From positions 1 to 58,053 of the forward strand of contig CACWKL010000001.1 in assembly GCA_902761495.1 (NCBI GenBank): 58,053 nt of DNA. The letters are read 5' to 3'. Below the pieces are notes generated by a model, which did not search any database, was not told where the DNA came from, and worked only from the letters and a program-made list of their open reading frames with translations. The DNA comes from an uncultured Pseudomonadota bacterium. Its GTDB lineage: Bacteria > Pseudomonadota > Alphaproteobacteria > UBA3830. This document shows, one piece after another, positions 9,008-18,805 of the stretch (the first letter of the stretch is position 1; the number at the start of each line of letters is the position of its first letter). The translations under genes were made by a program, and so were the position numbers.

Positions 9008-9542
9008 TTACTTTCTTGAACGCAACGTTACGGCTTGCCAGAGATTTTAGTCTATTAACGGGAATTTCCAAAATTATTCGCCTCGGAGAAAACAAGATTA
9101 CCTTACATCCCCTAAGCTGTGCATAATTGTCTAAGTAATCTTGGGTATAGAGAGCGATGGTACTTGTCTTTGATTTTTTTTCCTCGTAACTAGAGATATT
9201 ATGGTTTCTGAGTATATTTTTTACTGCTTTTTTCGAGAATCTAAAGGAAAATCTCGCAATATAAGTTTTTCCCGAAAATTTCTCCTGATCTATCGAATAA
9301 TCGTATACGCAATTTTGGATTTCACTTCCCAGAATCTTATTTTTCAAAGATACAGCTTCTGGAAAATAGCTATCTAGCAATCGATTAAATGCCTTGTTCG
9401 CTGAGCTTGAAAGCGCTTTTTGCTTTGCCGCCAAGGAATCTTTGTCCACTTCTTTCGTCGTGACACCGCTTACCTCCAGATAAGAACCCTTAGCCCAAAC
9501 ACTGAACGAACAAAACAGCAGCAAAAACAAAAAGCGCTTCAT
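8988..9542 (-). CDS. Hypothetical secreted protein
   Basis: 184-aa ORF with a clear signal peptide (MKRFLFLLLFCSFSVWA). It is packed in an overlapping operon with pgsA. No family recognised. Confidence 0.6.
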   Translation of the reverse strand: MKRFLFLLLFCSFSVWAKGSYLEVSGVTTKEVDKDSLAAKQKALSSSANKAFNRLLDSYFPEAVSLKNKILGSEIQNCVYDYSIDQEKFSGKTYIARFSFRFSKKAVKNILRNHNISSYEEKKSKTSTIALYTQDYLDNYAQLRGCKVILFSPRRIILEIPVNRLKSLASRNVAFKKVNAEIHP

Positions 9543-9567
9543 GTCGGTCTACTCTCTAAAAATAGGT

Positions 9568-9990
9568 CTAATCAATAATATCCAACTTATTGAAGAAGAA
9601 GTTTATTTCGATTTCCGCATTTTCAGGAGAATCCGAACCATGAACGGAATTGTGCTCAATGCTTTCTCCGAAATCCCTGCGAATGGTTCCGATTTCGGCA
9701 TTGGCAGGATTTGTTGCTCCCATGATTTCACGATTCTTCAGTACGGCATCTTCTCCGCTCAGTACCTGAACAACAACAGGTCCCGAAGACATGTAGTCGC
9801 AGAGGCTGTCGTAAAAGGCTTTGTCTTTGTGTACTGCGTAGAACTGCTGAGCTTGTTCCTTTGTCAACTGAATTCTGCGCATGGCCACGATACGCAACCC
9901 CGCCCGTTCTAACTTTGCGTCAATGCTTCCGATGAGATTTCTCGCGACAGCATCCGGCTTTATTATAGAAAGTGTTTTCTGTATAGACAT
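9568..9990 (-). CDS. ndk: Nucleoside diphosphate kinase
   Basis: 140-aa [14 protein letters not shown]-terminus and NSVHGSDS active-site His motif. Confidence 0.95.
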   Translation of the reverse strand: MSIQKTLSIIKPDAVARNLIGSIDAKLERAGLRIVAMRRIQLTKEQAQQFYAVHKDKAFYDSLCDYMSSGPVVVQVLSGEDAVLKNREIMGATNPANAEIGTIRRDFGESIEHNSVHGSDSPENAEIEINFFFNKLDIID

Positions 9991-10006
9991 ATGCTTTTCC
10001 TAATTT

Positions 10007-10447
10007 TTAATCCAATTTCTCCCAACCTTTTTGGGATTGTTTCCAGTATTTTACATTTTCGCCCTGATTTTTCAAGTCTGAGAACATTGACAGCGCAATT
10101 TCAGCAGAATTGTCGTCCTCAAAAATGCAAATTACTCGCTCAAAATTCTGATTCCAACTTTTGTAATCAAAATCATCGGTCATTACCAGCACAGTCGCCT
10201 TGTTTGGATTTTCAATTTCCGAAGTCAAATAAACCGATTGGAGCTCCGAAAATCCCAGTGACTTGTCTCCATGCGGGATAAACGCGTTTTTGGAGAAAGT
10301 CCACAAAGTCTTATCGACAACCTTAACTCGATCTTCTAACGGGCTGAAAAAAATAGATTTTTTTCCTGAATCGTAAACCTTCTCTAATAATTTGACGACA
10401 GAATGAACCAAATTTCCGCTCATTACGTGATAAAAATTCAGTTCCAT
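10007..10447 (-). CDS. holC: DNA polymerase III subunit chi
   Basis: 146-aa ORF. N-terminal NFYHV and a LW..S...FIPH pattern like HolC. Sits in the conserved pepA-holC arrangement immediately downstream of pepA. Confidence 0.75.
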   Translation of the reverse strand: MELNFYHVMSGNLVHSVVKLLEKVYDSGKKSIFFSPLEDRVKVVDKTLWTFSKNAFIPHGDKSLGFSELQSVYLTSEIENPNKATVLVMTDDFDYKSWNQNFERVICIFEDDNSAEIALSMFSDLKNQGENVKYWKQSQKGWEKLD

Positions 10448-10471
10448 ATCTCCGCTCCATCGTTTCGATTG

Positions 10472-11983
10472 TTATTTCGCATAATTTCTGCAAAGGAAAT
10501 CGAAAAGCAAATGCACTCCGAAACCGGTAACGCCTTTTGAACAGATAAATAAATCGTCCTTTGTGGTTTCGACTCCGGCGATGTCGATGTGTGCCCATCT
10601 CTTGTCGTTCACGAATCTCTTCAAGAATTGGGCTGCAGTCGTTCCGCCAGCTCGAGTTCCCGGCTTGCTAAGATTTATCATATCCGCAATATCGGAATTA
10701 ATGGACTTGTCGAAATGTTCGGTTAGGGGCATTCTCCAGACCTTTTCTCCCGTGATTTCCGAAGATGCTTTGATTTGATCCGCTAACTTATCGCAGTTCG
10801 AGAAAAGTCCGGCAAACTCATGACCTAGTGCAACAACAATCGCTCCTGTCAAGGTTGCTAAATCGATAATTGCCTCAGGATTATGCTTACTTTGGACGTA
10901 CCACAACGCATCGGCGAGAATCAAACGACCTTCCGCATCGGTGCTCATGATTTCTATAGTCTGTCCCGACATCGACTTTACGATATCACCCGGACGCTGT
11001 GCCGATCCCGACGGCATATTCTCGACCAAAGCCATAACCCCGACGACATTTACCGGTAACTTGTTCAAAGCGACGGCTTTCATTAATCCGAGAACAGTTC
11101 CCGATCCCGCCATATCATAACGCATTTCGTGCATTCCGTCGTCAGGCTTTATGCTGATTCCTCCGCTGTCGAAAGTTACGCCCTTTCCGACGAATGCTAC
11201 GGGGTTCGCGTTCTTGTCGGCTGCGCCATTCCACTTCAAAACAACCAAGCGAGGATCTCTTTCACTGCCTTGAGCAACCCCCAAAAGCGCGCCCATTCCC
11301 AACTTCGCCATTTCATCTTTTTCTAAAATCTGAACATCAACTCCCAACGGCTTTAATTCGGATTCCGCGATTTTCGCTAGGCTCTCAGGATAAATCACAT
11401 TTGCAGGTTCCGAAACAACCTCTCTTGTTAGGAAAATTCCTTCCGCCAGATTTTTAAACCACGCAAATTCAGATTCTACAGCTGCGCACTCTTCGGTAAC
11501 AAACACCGCGTGCTTCAATTTTGGTTTGTATTCGCCAGTGTATTTTGTCTTGTATTTATCGAAATTCCACGATTTCAGTATGAATCCGAGTGCCATCAAT
11601 TCTGTGCCGTATTTGCTACATTTAAATACAACATCACTTCCTGAAATCAGAACGGAAATTTCTTCATCCAACTTTGTCGCCGCGCAGTATATGGTGGCCC
11701 CTAATTTTTCTAATTCAAACTCGGAACATTCTCTTGATTTCTCGCCCAAGCCGATCAGAATTACGTGATTGATCTTGTCCACGCACGAAACGAAGGAGCA
11801 AGTCTTGAAAAGGCTCCCACAGAAACCCAGCTTTTTCACATTTTTAGAAATTTTTCCGTCGACATCTAGTGCTGCAGCTTTTGTCGACAAACTACCATCG
11901 GAATATACTCCGACCACAATAGAGCAGACTTCAGATTTTGTTGCTGAAAATTTAACGTCTTTCACTACCATAACAAACCTCAA
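10472..11983 (-). CDS. pepA: Leucyl aminopeptidase (M17 family)
   Basis: 503-aa ORF with VGKGVTFDSGGISIKP and MSTDAEGRLILADAL metal-site motifs. Confidence 0.93.
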   Translation of the reverse strand: MRFVMVVKDVKFSATKSEVCSIVVGVYSDGSLSTKAAALDVDGKISKNVKKLGFCGSLFKTCSFVSCVDKINHVILIGLGEKSRECSEFELEKLGATIYCAATKLDEEISVLISGSDVVFKCSKYGTELMALGFILKSWNFDKYKTKYTGEYKPKLKHAVFVTEECAAVESEFAWFKNLAEGIFLTREVVSEPANVIYPESLAKIAESELKPLGVDVQILEKDEMAKLGMGALLGVAQGSERDPRLVVLKWNGAADKNANPVAFVGKGVTFDSGGISIKPDDGMHEMRYDMAGSGTVLGLMKAVALNKLPVNVVGVMALVENMPSGSAQRPGDIVKSMSGQTIEIMSTDAEGRLILADALWYVQSKHNPEAIIDLATLTGAIVVALGHEFAGLFSNCDKLADQIKASSEITGEKVWRMPLTEHFDKSINSDIADMINLSKPGTRAGGTTAAQFLKRFVNDKRWAHIDIAGVETTKDDLFICSKGVTGFGVHLLFDFLCRNYAK

Positions 11984-12195
11984 TAATGAACACCAAGGCT
12001 GAGTCTACTAAATAAAAATTTCAAATACAAGGATGTCGACAGTTTCAGAGAAGGAAAGAAAGATTTTGAATAAGAAGAGAAGTGACTTGATTCTGTTGCT
12101 AAAATAACACAGTCAAACCGAAAAGTTCTTTCAGTAGTTGAAAAATAAAAACGTCCGCTATAGAGTCAAAAAGCTTTTTAATTTGGGAGTTTAAA

Positions 12196-12909
12196 ATGAA
12201 AAAAGTAATGTTAAGCGCAGCGGTTTGCGCGATGGCGTTCACGGCGAACGCAGATGTAGCGGAAGAAGTAGAGGTTATTGAAACTGCTCAAGCGAGTGCT
12301 TTCAACAGCATCTACGCTGGTTTAGGTATCGGTGGAAGCTTCTTGAAGAGCAGCGACGCTGAATACAAAAACAAAAATAATGAAGATGTGAAGGATCGCT
12401 TGAAGGCAAACCGTTTCATTGGTTCTTTTGTTATCGGTGGCGGAAAAGTATTCAGTAACAACGTTTATGTTGGTGGTGAATTCTTGATGGATTTCGCGAA
12501 GAGCAAGAAGACAGAATGGGAAGTGGCTAATGATCAGAAGTTAGAGGGTAAGATTGGTGGATACGTTCCTCAGCTGAATTTGAGACTTGGTTACGTGTTC
12601 AAGAACGACGTTTTAGCTTACGCAAAATTGGGTTGTGCTTGGACGAAGGCATCTGTTAAACCTTTCAGAAAGAATGGAGATGATTGGAAAGAAATCGAGG
12701 ATAAGGGTATGTCCAAGACCAATGCTTCTTTCGTATTGGGTTTAGGTGCTGAGAAAGCATTCTGCAAGAAGTTTTCTGCTGCTATTGAAGCTGATTACAA
12801 CTTCGGATGGAAGAAGAAAATCGCTAAATTCGCTAATGATGAGCAGAGTGTTCGTTTCAACAAAGGTTGGAATGTCCGCGCTTTGGTTAAGTACAACGTG
12901 AAGTACTAA
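12196..12909 (+). CDS. Outer-membrane beta-barrel protein (Omp25/OmpA-like small porin family), paralog 1
   Basis: 237-aa ORF. Signal peptide MKKVMLSAAVCAMAFTANA, alternating beta-strand pattern and a C-terminal aromatic residue (..VKYNVKY). GGGAG RBS. Confidence 0.8.
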   Translation: MKKVMLSAAVCAMAFTANADVAEEVEVIETAQASAFNSIYAGLGIGGSFLKSSDAEYKNKNNEDVKDRLKANRFIGSFVIGGGKVFSNNVYVGGEFLMDFAKSKKTEWEVANDQKLEGKIGGYVPQLNLRLGYVFKNDVLAYAKLGCAWTKASVKPFRKNGDDWKEIEDKGMSKTNASFVLGLGAEKAFCKKFSAAIEADYNFGWKKKIAKFANDEQSVRFNKGWNVRALVKYNVKY

Positions 12910-12960
12910 TCCATCGTCATACAGTGACTGGGCCTCGGTTTTATCCGGGGTATTTAGTTA

Positions 12961-12987
12961 GCCTCGGCTTAGGTCGGGGCTTTTTTA
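12961..12987 (+). terminator. Rho-independent terminator after OMP paralog 1
   Basis: GCCUCGGC-UUAG-GUCGGGGC hairpin followed by UUUUUUAUUU. A second hairpin, CCUCGG-UUUUAU-CCGGGG, lies at 12933-12950. Confidence 0.6.
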
Positions 12988-13159
12988 TTTGAAAATTTTT
13001 TGTGATGAGCGTCGTTCGGCGTTTCGTTAAAATTTCGTAAATATTATTAGTCCCGAATGTGATAAAAAAATCACCGCTTGTCTGAAAAATCTTTCGAGCT
13101 GTTGAGAAAGACTTCGTCTTGTTGTAGCCTTGAACAGGTTTTGTGTTATAGGAGTTGAA

Positions 13160-13804
13160 ATGAAAAAAGTAGTATTAAGCGCGGCGGTTTGCGCAATGGT
13201 GTTTTCGGCAAACGCAGATGTAGCAAACGAATCAGCAGTTGCTGAGGCTGTTTCTGAAAGTGTTTTCAGCAGTTTTTACGGAGGTTTAGGGATTGGCGGA
13301 AGCTTTTTGAAATCCTCCATAGATGGGATGAAAGACATGAAAACCACTAATTTTATGGGATCTTTCGTACTCGGTGGCGGAAAGGTTTTCGAAAACAGAT
13401 CGTATCTGGGCGGAGAGCTTTTGATCAACTTTATGCGGAATAAAAAAAAGTTTTACGAAGATTATGCTCCGGGTGCCAATCTTCAGATGAAGGGTTTTTC
13501 CCCGCAGGTTAACGTGAAATTAGGTTACAATATGCGCAAAGATGTGTTGGGTTACGGAAAAATGGGATGTGCTTGGTCGAAAATATCTTTCTTCGACGGT
13601 AAGGATAATCATTCTAAAAATAAGACCTCCTTTGTGTTGGGAGTAGGTGCGGAGAAATTTTTATGCCCAAAGATTTCAGCGGAGATAGAGGCTGACTATA
13701 ATTTCGGATTTAAAACAGATGATGGTGGAATTGGTGTAAGCAAAATTAGAGCAAACAAAGGATGGTCTTTTCGCGCTCTGGCGAAGTGTAACGTAAAACA
13801 CTAA
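13160..13804 (+). CDS. Outer-membrane beta-barrel protein, paralog 2
   Basis: The track ORF starts at TTG 13130, but ATG 13160 (RBS GGAG) gives MKKVVLSAAVCAMVFSANA. That is nearly identical in DNA to the paralog 1 signal peptide. Shared blocks GLGIGGSFLKSS, GGGKVF, KLGCAW/KMGCAW and IEADYNFG. Confidence 0.8.
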   Translation: MKKVVLSAAVCAMVFSANADVANESAVAEAVSESVFSSFYGGLGIGGSFLKSSIDGMKDMKTTNFMGSFVLGGGKVFENRSYLGGELLINFMRNKKKFYEDYAPGANLQMKGFSPQVNVKLGYNMRKDVLGYGKMGCAWSKISFFDGKDNHSKNKTSFVLGVGAEKFLCPKISAEIEADYNFGFKTDDGGIGVSKIRANKGWSFRALAKCNVKH

Positions 13805-13825
13805 TTCTTTTTCACAGATTAACTA

Positions 13826-13853
13826 AGCCTTTGGTCTCGATCGGGGCTTTTTC
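13826..13853 (+). terminator. Possible terminator after OMP paralog 2
   Basis: AGCCUUUGG...GAUCGGGGCU imperfect hairpin followed by UUUUUC. It resembles the hairpin after paralog 1. Confidence 0.35.
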
Positions 13854-13926
13854 TTTATCGGTACACACCGAAAACAACAACACCCACCTGCGAACTGCAA
13901 GTAAACAAATCTATGCAAATACAATG

Positions 13927-13955
13927 AAAAAGAAAAGGAGAGAAGACATCTCTCC
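13927..13955 (-). terminator. Rho-independent terminator of the HU gene
   Basis: Minus strand reads GGAGAG-AUGUCUU-CUCUCC followed by UUUUCUUUUUC, immediately 3' of the HU stop. Confidence 0.5.
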
Positions 13956-13960
13956 AAAAA

Positions 13961-14233
13961 TTATTTAACTGACTCTTTTAATGTCTTTCCGACCTTGAAC
14001 TTTACTGTTTTTGTCGCTGGAATATCCATCATCTTTCCTGTCTGGAAGTTACGTGCTGTTCGGGCTGCTCTCTTTCCGACTGAGAACGAACCGAACCCAG
14101 GGATAACAACATCTCCACCGGACTTCAATTCTTTTTGGATTACCTCGATAATAGAATTTAGGCAATCACCTACGCTTTTTTGGGATAAACCGCACTCTCC
14201 CGCGACTTTGTGAATTAACTCTGTCTTGTTCAT
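13961..14233 (-). CDS. hup: Nucleoid-associated DNA-binding protein HU
   Basis: 90-aa ORF. MNKTELI N-terminus and the GFGSFSV..R.AR..RN..TG beta-arm pattern of HU/IHF. HU-like length. Confidence 0.9.
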   Translation of the reverse strand: MNKTELIHKVAGECGLSQKSVGDCLNSIIEVIQKELKSGGDVVIPGFGSFSVGKRAARTARNFQTGKMMDIPATKTVKFKVGKTLKESVK

Positions 14234-14379
14234 TTTCTAACCTCTAGTACTACAATGCTCAACTCTAACACTAATTTGTTCGCATTTGCAATAGAGAGAC
14301 TATAAATTGAAGTTTATTAGCTGCTTATATCTCAAAAATTTAAAATATATTAGAGCTTTGTGCTAAAAATATTTAAAAT

Positions 14380-14916
14380 TTAGGATTTGTACAACGTGTA
14401 TTTTACGGAACGCATCGCTTTTTGGGTCTTTTCACTTGGATTAACCAAGATTTTCTTTGAAGATTTTTTCCAAACATGAAGGTCATCGACGCTGTTTCCT
14501 GCATAAGTAAATCCGTTTGTAAACAGATTCGCAAGTTTTTGAGCCTTGTTTTTTCCGACGAGATTGGTTTTTAAATCGCTAGCAAAAACTCCGTCGAAAA
14601 TCCGAAGATAATTAGCAACTTGTTTCGCGTATTTTTCTGTAGAGCCAGTTGCCAAATATATTTTGCTTCCCTCTGCTTTTTTCTGAATAAGATAGGACAG
14701 AAAATCAGAATTGTAGGGCAAGGCGGATGGATCGACTTCAACTTCCTTCGCCACTCTGTATTTAAGATAAGGAACCCCTTTAAAATACCAGAAAATTAGT
14801 TTGAAGATGTTGAAAAAATCTTTCTTTACAAATTTTTCGGCGGAGTTCCAAGACAGATCGGACCTTATCAAGGTACCGTCCAAATCGACACAGATTATCT
14901 CGTCATTGCCCGCCAC
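14380..14916 (-). CDS. HAD-superfamily hydrolase (subfamily IB-like)
   Basis: 178-aa ORF with HAD motifs I (VDLDGT), II (LATGS), III (GKNK) and IV (GNSVDD). Confidence 0.6.
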   Translation of the reverse strand: MAGNDEIICVDLDGTLIRSDLSWNSAEKFVKKDFFNIFKLIFWYFKGVPYLKYRVAKEVEVDPSALPYNSDFLSYLIQKKAEGSKIYLATGSTEKYAKQVANYLRIFDGVFASDLKTNLVGKNKAQKLANLFTNGFTYAGNSVDDLHVWKKSSKKILVNPSEKTQKAMRSVKYTLYKS

Positions 14917-14937
14917 CGATTACCTCTTACCTTCTGC

Positions 14938-15531
14938 TCATTTTTTCTTAGACACACTCACCATTACCGGGCGCAACAATCTGTCGCGGTACTTATACCC
15001 GGTCTGAAACACTTCTACCACAGTTCCGGCTGGTTGTTGATCGTTCTCGACTTCGCACATCGCCTGATGTAACTCATGATTAAATGGATTGCCCGCGGAA
15101 ACTTCTATGCGGGAAATGCCATACTTCTGGAAAGTCGATAATAATTCCTTTTCGCAGATCGCAATTCCATCAAAATAGGCCTTCAAATTAGGATCGGCGT
15201 CGATTCTATCCTTCACGGAGGCGATACTACTGTTGATTCTCTCAAAATTGTCCAAGACAGCCAAAAGATCGCGAGCGAAATTCTTGTTGGCGTACTTTAC
15301 CGCGTCGTCTTTCTCTTTCTCCAGACGCTTTCTTAGGTTCTCAGATTCAGCAGTTTTCCGAAGAAGTGTGTCCCTCAGCGTGTTGATCTGATCAAGTAAA
15401 TCCTCCTGCGATTCTTCTTCGGACTCTGAATTTTTATCAGATTTTTCCGAAACTTCAGTCTTTTCTTCATATTCAACTTCTTCTTGGTTAATGTTTTCTT
15501 TCTTATCTTTCATAATCCGACCTTTTTCCAA
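14938..15531 (-). CDS. grpE: Nucleotide exchange factor GrpE
   Basis: 197-aa ORF. Acidic N-terminus, long helix (LRKTAESENLRKRLEKEKDDAVKYA) and C-terminal beta domain (FNHELHQAM...GYKYRDRLLRPVMV). Confidence 0.92.
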   Translation of the reverse strand: MEKGRIMKDKKENINQEEVEYEEKTEVSEKSDKNSESEEESQEDLLDQINTLRDTLLRKTAESENLRKRLEKEKDDAVKYANKNFARDLLAVLDNFERINSSIASVKDRIDADPNLKAYFDGIAICEKELLSTFQKYGISRIEVSAGNPFNHELHQAMCEVENDQQPAGTVVEVFQTGYKYRDRLLRPVMVSVSKKK

Positions 15532-15533
15532 AA

Positions 15534-15944
15534 TTATTTTTCCGACTTGTCCCAGAATGCCTTTACAGGACGTGGTCTACGATTTTCATCAAGTGCCACC
15601 ATTACGAAAGTTCCCTTAACAGCGTTTAACACCTCGCTGTTTCCCTTTCTGCAGATATCCACGTAAACATTCAGAGTCATGGATGTATTTCCGATTTTTT
15701 CGATTTCTGCATAAACTGAAACTTCGTCTCCTACAAAGATAGGGGTATCAAAAGTAACATTATTAATAGCCTTTGTAGCGATAGATCCGCGAGCCAAACG
15801 AGCAGCAATACTTCCCGCAGCAATATCCATCAGAGACATGATCCACCCGCCGAAGATATCTCCCCATGGATTAGTATCCGCCGGCACCGCAATCGTTCTT
15901 GAAACTAAAACTTTCTCTTTAGTGTTCATTGTAATTTCTCTCAA
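15534..15944 (-). CDS. Acyl-CoA thioesterase, hotdog fold (YciA-like)
   Basis: 136-aa ORF with ADTNPWGDIFGGWIMSLMDIAAG and the YciA/Acot-type hotdog pattern. Confidence 0.8.
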   Translation of the reverse strand: MREITMNTKEKVLVSRTIAVPADTNPWGDIFGGWIMSLMDIAAGSIAARLARGSIATKAINNVTFDTPIFVGDEVSVYAEIEKIGNTSMTLNVYVDICRKGNSEVLNAVKGTFVMVALDENRRPRPVKAFWDKSEK

Positions 15945-16001
15945 CTAATGGAGCTAAATTATATCAGTTTTAACCAAAATGTCAATCCGTAACGATGATT
16001 T

Positions 16002-17351
16002 TTAACTTAGAAATATGTGAGCCAATCCCAGAAATGCAATGTATCCGGAAACGTCTGTTATTGTAGTGATCAAGGGACCGGAGCTTAAAGATGAATCGTA
16101 TCCGAAGCGATAAAAAATTATAGGAAGGGCAACTCCGATAAATGAGGCCCAGGTTGCGCAAAAGACCATAGTTCCCAAAAGCAACAAAGATAATCTGATA
16201 TCGTTAAACCAAAAAAGAACGGTAGCCCCCAGGAACAGACCAATCATCAGTCCGTTAAAAACTCCCATAAGAGTTTCTTTTTTAATTACTTTGGAATATT
16301 GTGCTTCGCGAAACTTTTTCGCAGAAAATGCTTTAATAACGACACTTGCCGTTTGAATTCCGATGTTTCCGCCCAAAGCTCCCGCAATAGGCATTAATAC
16401 CGCCAGTGCCACAGTTTGTTGAATAATATTTTGAAACAGTGAAATAATAAAAGGGGATAGCAAAGTGTTGATTACCGCAAATGACAACCAACGCAACCTT
16501 TTAAAACAGTTCATTATCAGAGACGCATTTGCTTCGTCATCTTCGGAAGTTCCCGTTAATTGATTAAAATCTTCGGTGATTTCTTCCTGAGCGATATCTA
16601 TAAGGTCTGCGGATCTGATCAGTCCGATCATGTGATTGTTTCTGTCTACCACGGGAAGTCTTACGAAATGATATTTGTTGAACAAATTGTATGCTATTTC
16701 CTGATCATCTGTTGCAGCAATTTTGATGATATTCGGACTCTCTATATCTTTGAGTTTTTTCTTTTTGTGCGATTTTAACAAGCGAGTAAGCGATATCAGT
16801 CCTGTAAGTTTGTGGTTGTCATCTTCAATAAAAATTTCCGCACAACTATCGGGTGTATCTTTCTTTTTCTTGATATATTTGAGAGTTTCTTCTACCGAAA
16901 AATTTTCCGAAATTAATATAAAATCAAAGGACATGTTTCGTCCGACCGAATTTTCCGGATACGCCATGAGGAATTTGACGATGGCCTTCATCTTTTTCGG
17001 CATCATCTCGACGAATTGTTTGCGATCCTTCACATTTAGTTGTTCAACTAATTCGATTAGTTCATCTTTTTTCAAAAGATGAATAGAATTTTTGAAATGG
17101 TCTAATCCGAAGAAAGCTATGGTTTTTGTACGGTACGGATTTACGAGATTTACCAAAACACGGGAATCTATAAGTTGAGGCGCGAGTTTAAAAAATATTT
17201 GTCGAGAGTCGGAGTCCAAATCTTCAATAACGTCGGAAATGTCCGCAGGATGCTTGTTGCCTAATATATGAGAGATTTTTTTGATCTTCATTTCATCATT
17301 GCAGATTTCGCTATTTATTACGTTGGAAATTTTCCTGGAAATTCTTAACAT
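16002..17351 (-). CDS. mgtE: Magnesium transporter MgtE
   Basis: 449-aa ORF. N-terminal MgtE_N helical domain, CBS pair (..LPVVDRNNHMIGLIRSADL..) and C-terminal 5-TM channel domain. Confidence 0.9.
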   Translation of the reverse strand: MLRISRKISNVINSEICNDEMKIKKISHILGNKHPADISDVIEDLDSDSRQIFFKLAPQLIDSRVLVNLVNPYRTKTIAFFGLDHFKNSIHLLKKDELIELVEQLNVKDRKQFVEMMPKKMKAIVKFLMAYPENSVGRNMSFDFILISENFSVEETLKYIKKKKDTPDSCAEIFIEDDNHKLTGLISLTRLLKSHKKKKLKDIESPNIIKIAATDDQEIAYNLFNKYHFVRLPVVDRNNHMIGLIRSADLIDIAQEEITEDFNQLTGTSEDDEANASLIMNCFKRLRWLSFAVINTLLSPFIISLFQNIIQQTVALAVLMPIAGALGGNIGIQTASVVIKAFSAKKFREAQYSKVIKKETLMGVFNGLMIGLFLGATVLFWFNDIRLSLLLLGTMVFCATWASFIGVALPIIFYRFGYDSSLSSGPLITTITDVSGYIAFLGLAHIFLS

Positions 17352-17514
17352 TTTCCCCTTATAACTCCCCGTATGTTCGTAATGCCAATTTTCTGGCTCT
17401 ATTCATTCCTATCAACCTATTATGTAATACAATATCCTTACAAAGTAGATTGTTCTAGAATAAAGTTAATAACTCGTTAGAATTTTGCGAAAATCTCAAA
17501 AAATCGTTCGAATT

Positions 17515-18699
17515 CTACTGAAATCCGTGTTTTTGTAGGATTTCCAGTTTAAATTTACGATATTTACCCTTAAATGCGGAGTCTTTTTTTATAGAGTCGA
17601 AGTTCGGCATTTGATTTGCTTTAACCCGTGACAGAATTTGGTAGATATCCCGAATTTTCCGCTCGGAATTTTGAAAATCAACGTTAGGTACAGCTGCCCT
17701 GCAAATTGCCAGGAAATTTTCGAAATCTGCTGGAGTTCTCTTTATGTAGTCGTCTGTTAGATCTAGTAACTGCTCGATGTCCATTTTATCTATCTGCTGA
17801 AACTTTTTATAATTTTTACATACAAACACCGCAAAACTCCGAAAATCATTTGGAATCTTCAGCGTATGACAAATATCCTTAATTATCTGAACACCTCGTT
17901 GTTCGGAGTCTTCGCAAGAGTGGCTTGTATCGAAAGATTTTGTTTCACCGATATCGTGCAACAAAGTCGCGAATTTTACAATTTCATTGTTTTCACTTAC
18001 ATTTTTCAGGCAGTCTATGGTATGCTCCGCGAGAGTTCCTTTCCGAGAATCTTTCTTTACGAACCAAAGCTTTTCGACAGCGGATAGGATTTTCTTAAGA
18101 GCAAAACATTCGTGGGCGACTTCAACGAATCTGTAGAAATTCGGGTAGCGCAAAGCCCTCTTTATTTCGCCCCAAATCCTTTCAGCGGAAAGATTTTCCA
18201 ACTGATTTTGAAGTACCATATCCCGCGCCAAATTCATGGTTTCCCTGGCAACTGAAAAGTTTAATTGGGCAGCGAACCGACATAGTCTTATAACTCGCAG
18301 AGGATCTTCAACGAAATGGGGACTGATATGCCGAAGAATTCTGTTGTGGATATCTTCAACTCCCCCGTGATAATCGATGATCTTATCTTTCTCGATGTCG
18401 TAGGCAATCGCATTGCAACTGAAATCGCGTCTAATCAAATCATCTTTCAATGTTATCGACTTATCGAAAAAAAATCCGAAATCGGTATGTTTAGGACCCG
18501 TCTTTACTTCTTTACGGGCAAGGGCATATTCTTCATTTGAACCTTTTCGGATAAAAACGGGAAAACTCTTTCCTACAGGACGAAAGCCTCTCATAAGCAT
18601 GTCCTCGATAGTAGCTCCGACTACGACATAATCCCTGTCGTTCGGAACGACCCCCATTATTTGATCCCTTACTGCACCACCGACTAAATATATTTTCAT
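17515..18699 (-). CDS. cca: CCA-adding tRNA nucleotidyltransferase with HD domain
   Basis: The track ORF extends to 18720, but the conserved N-terminus MKIYLVGGAVRD begins at 18699. RDYVV, RRDF..NA and HD motif LLHDIGE are present. Confidence 0.85.
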   Translation of the reverse strand: MKIYLVGGAVRDQIMGVVPNDRDYVVVGATIEDMLMRGFRPVGKSFPVFIRKGSNEEYALARKEVKTGPKHTDFGFFFDKSITLKDDLIRRDFSCNAIAYDIEKDKIIDYHGGVEDIHNRILRHISPHFVEDPLRVIRLCRFAAQLNFSVARETMNLARDMVLQNQLENLSAERIWGEIKRALRYPNFYRFVEVAHECFALKKILSAVEKLWFVKKDSRKGTLAEHTIDCLKNVSENNEIVKFATLLHDIGETKSFDTSHSCEDSEQRGVQIIKDICHTLKIPNDFRSFAVFVCKNYKKFQQIDKMDIEQLLDLTDDYIKRTPADFENFLAICRAAVPNVDFQNSERKIRDIYQILSRVKANQMPNFDSIKKDSAFKGKYRKFKLEILQKHGFQ

Positions 18700-18805
18700 A
18701 TTACCTACAACACGGATCATATACTAACACCGTAACCAATATTTGTTAACGAATTATTTACGACCACAAAAAAATTCTAAAGCTTTTAATGCTAAATCAT
18801 TATTT

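Noticed and set aside
13130-13159. N-terminal extensions suggested by the track (13130 TTG here; similarly 20525, 27307, 54075, 54946 and 18720)
   Set aside because: In each case an internal start is preceded by a Shine-Dalgarno-like sequence. It yields either a canonical signal peptide or the family-typical N-terminus, and the extension has no support.
17352-17514. Possible Mg2+ riboswitch or leader upstream of mgtE
   Set aside because: The AT-rich 160-nt leader shows no conserved M-box-like blocks or convincing helices by eye. A covariance-model scan would be needed to say more.
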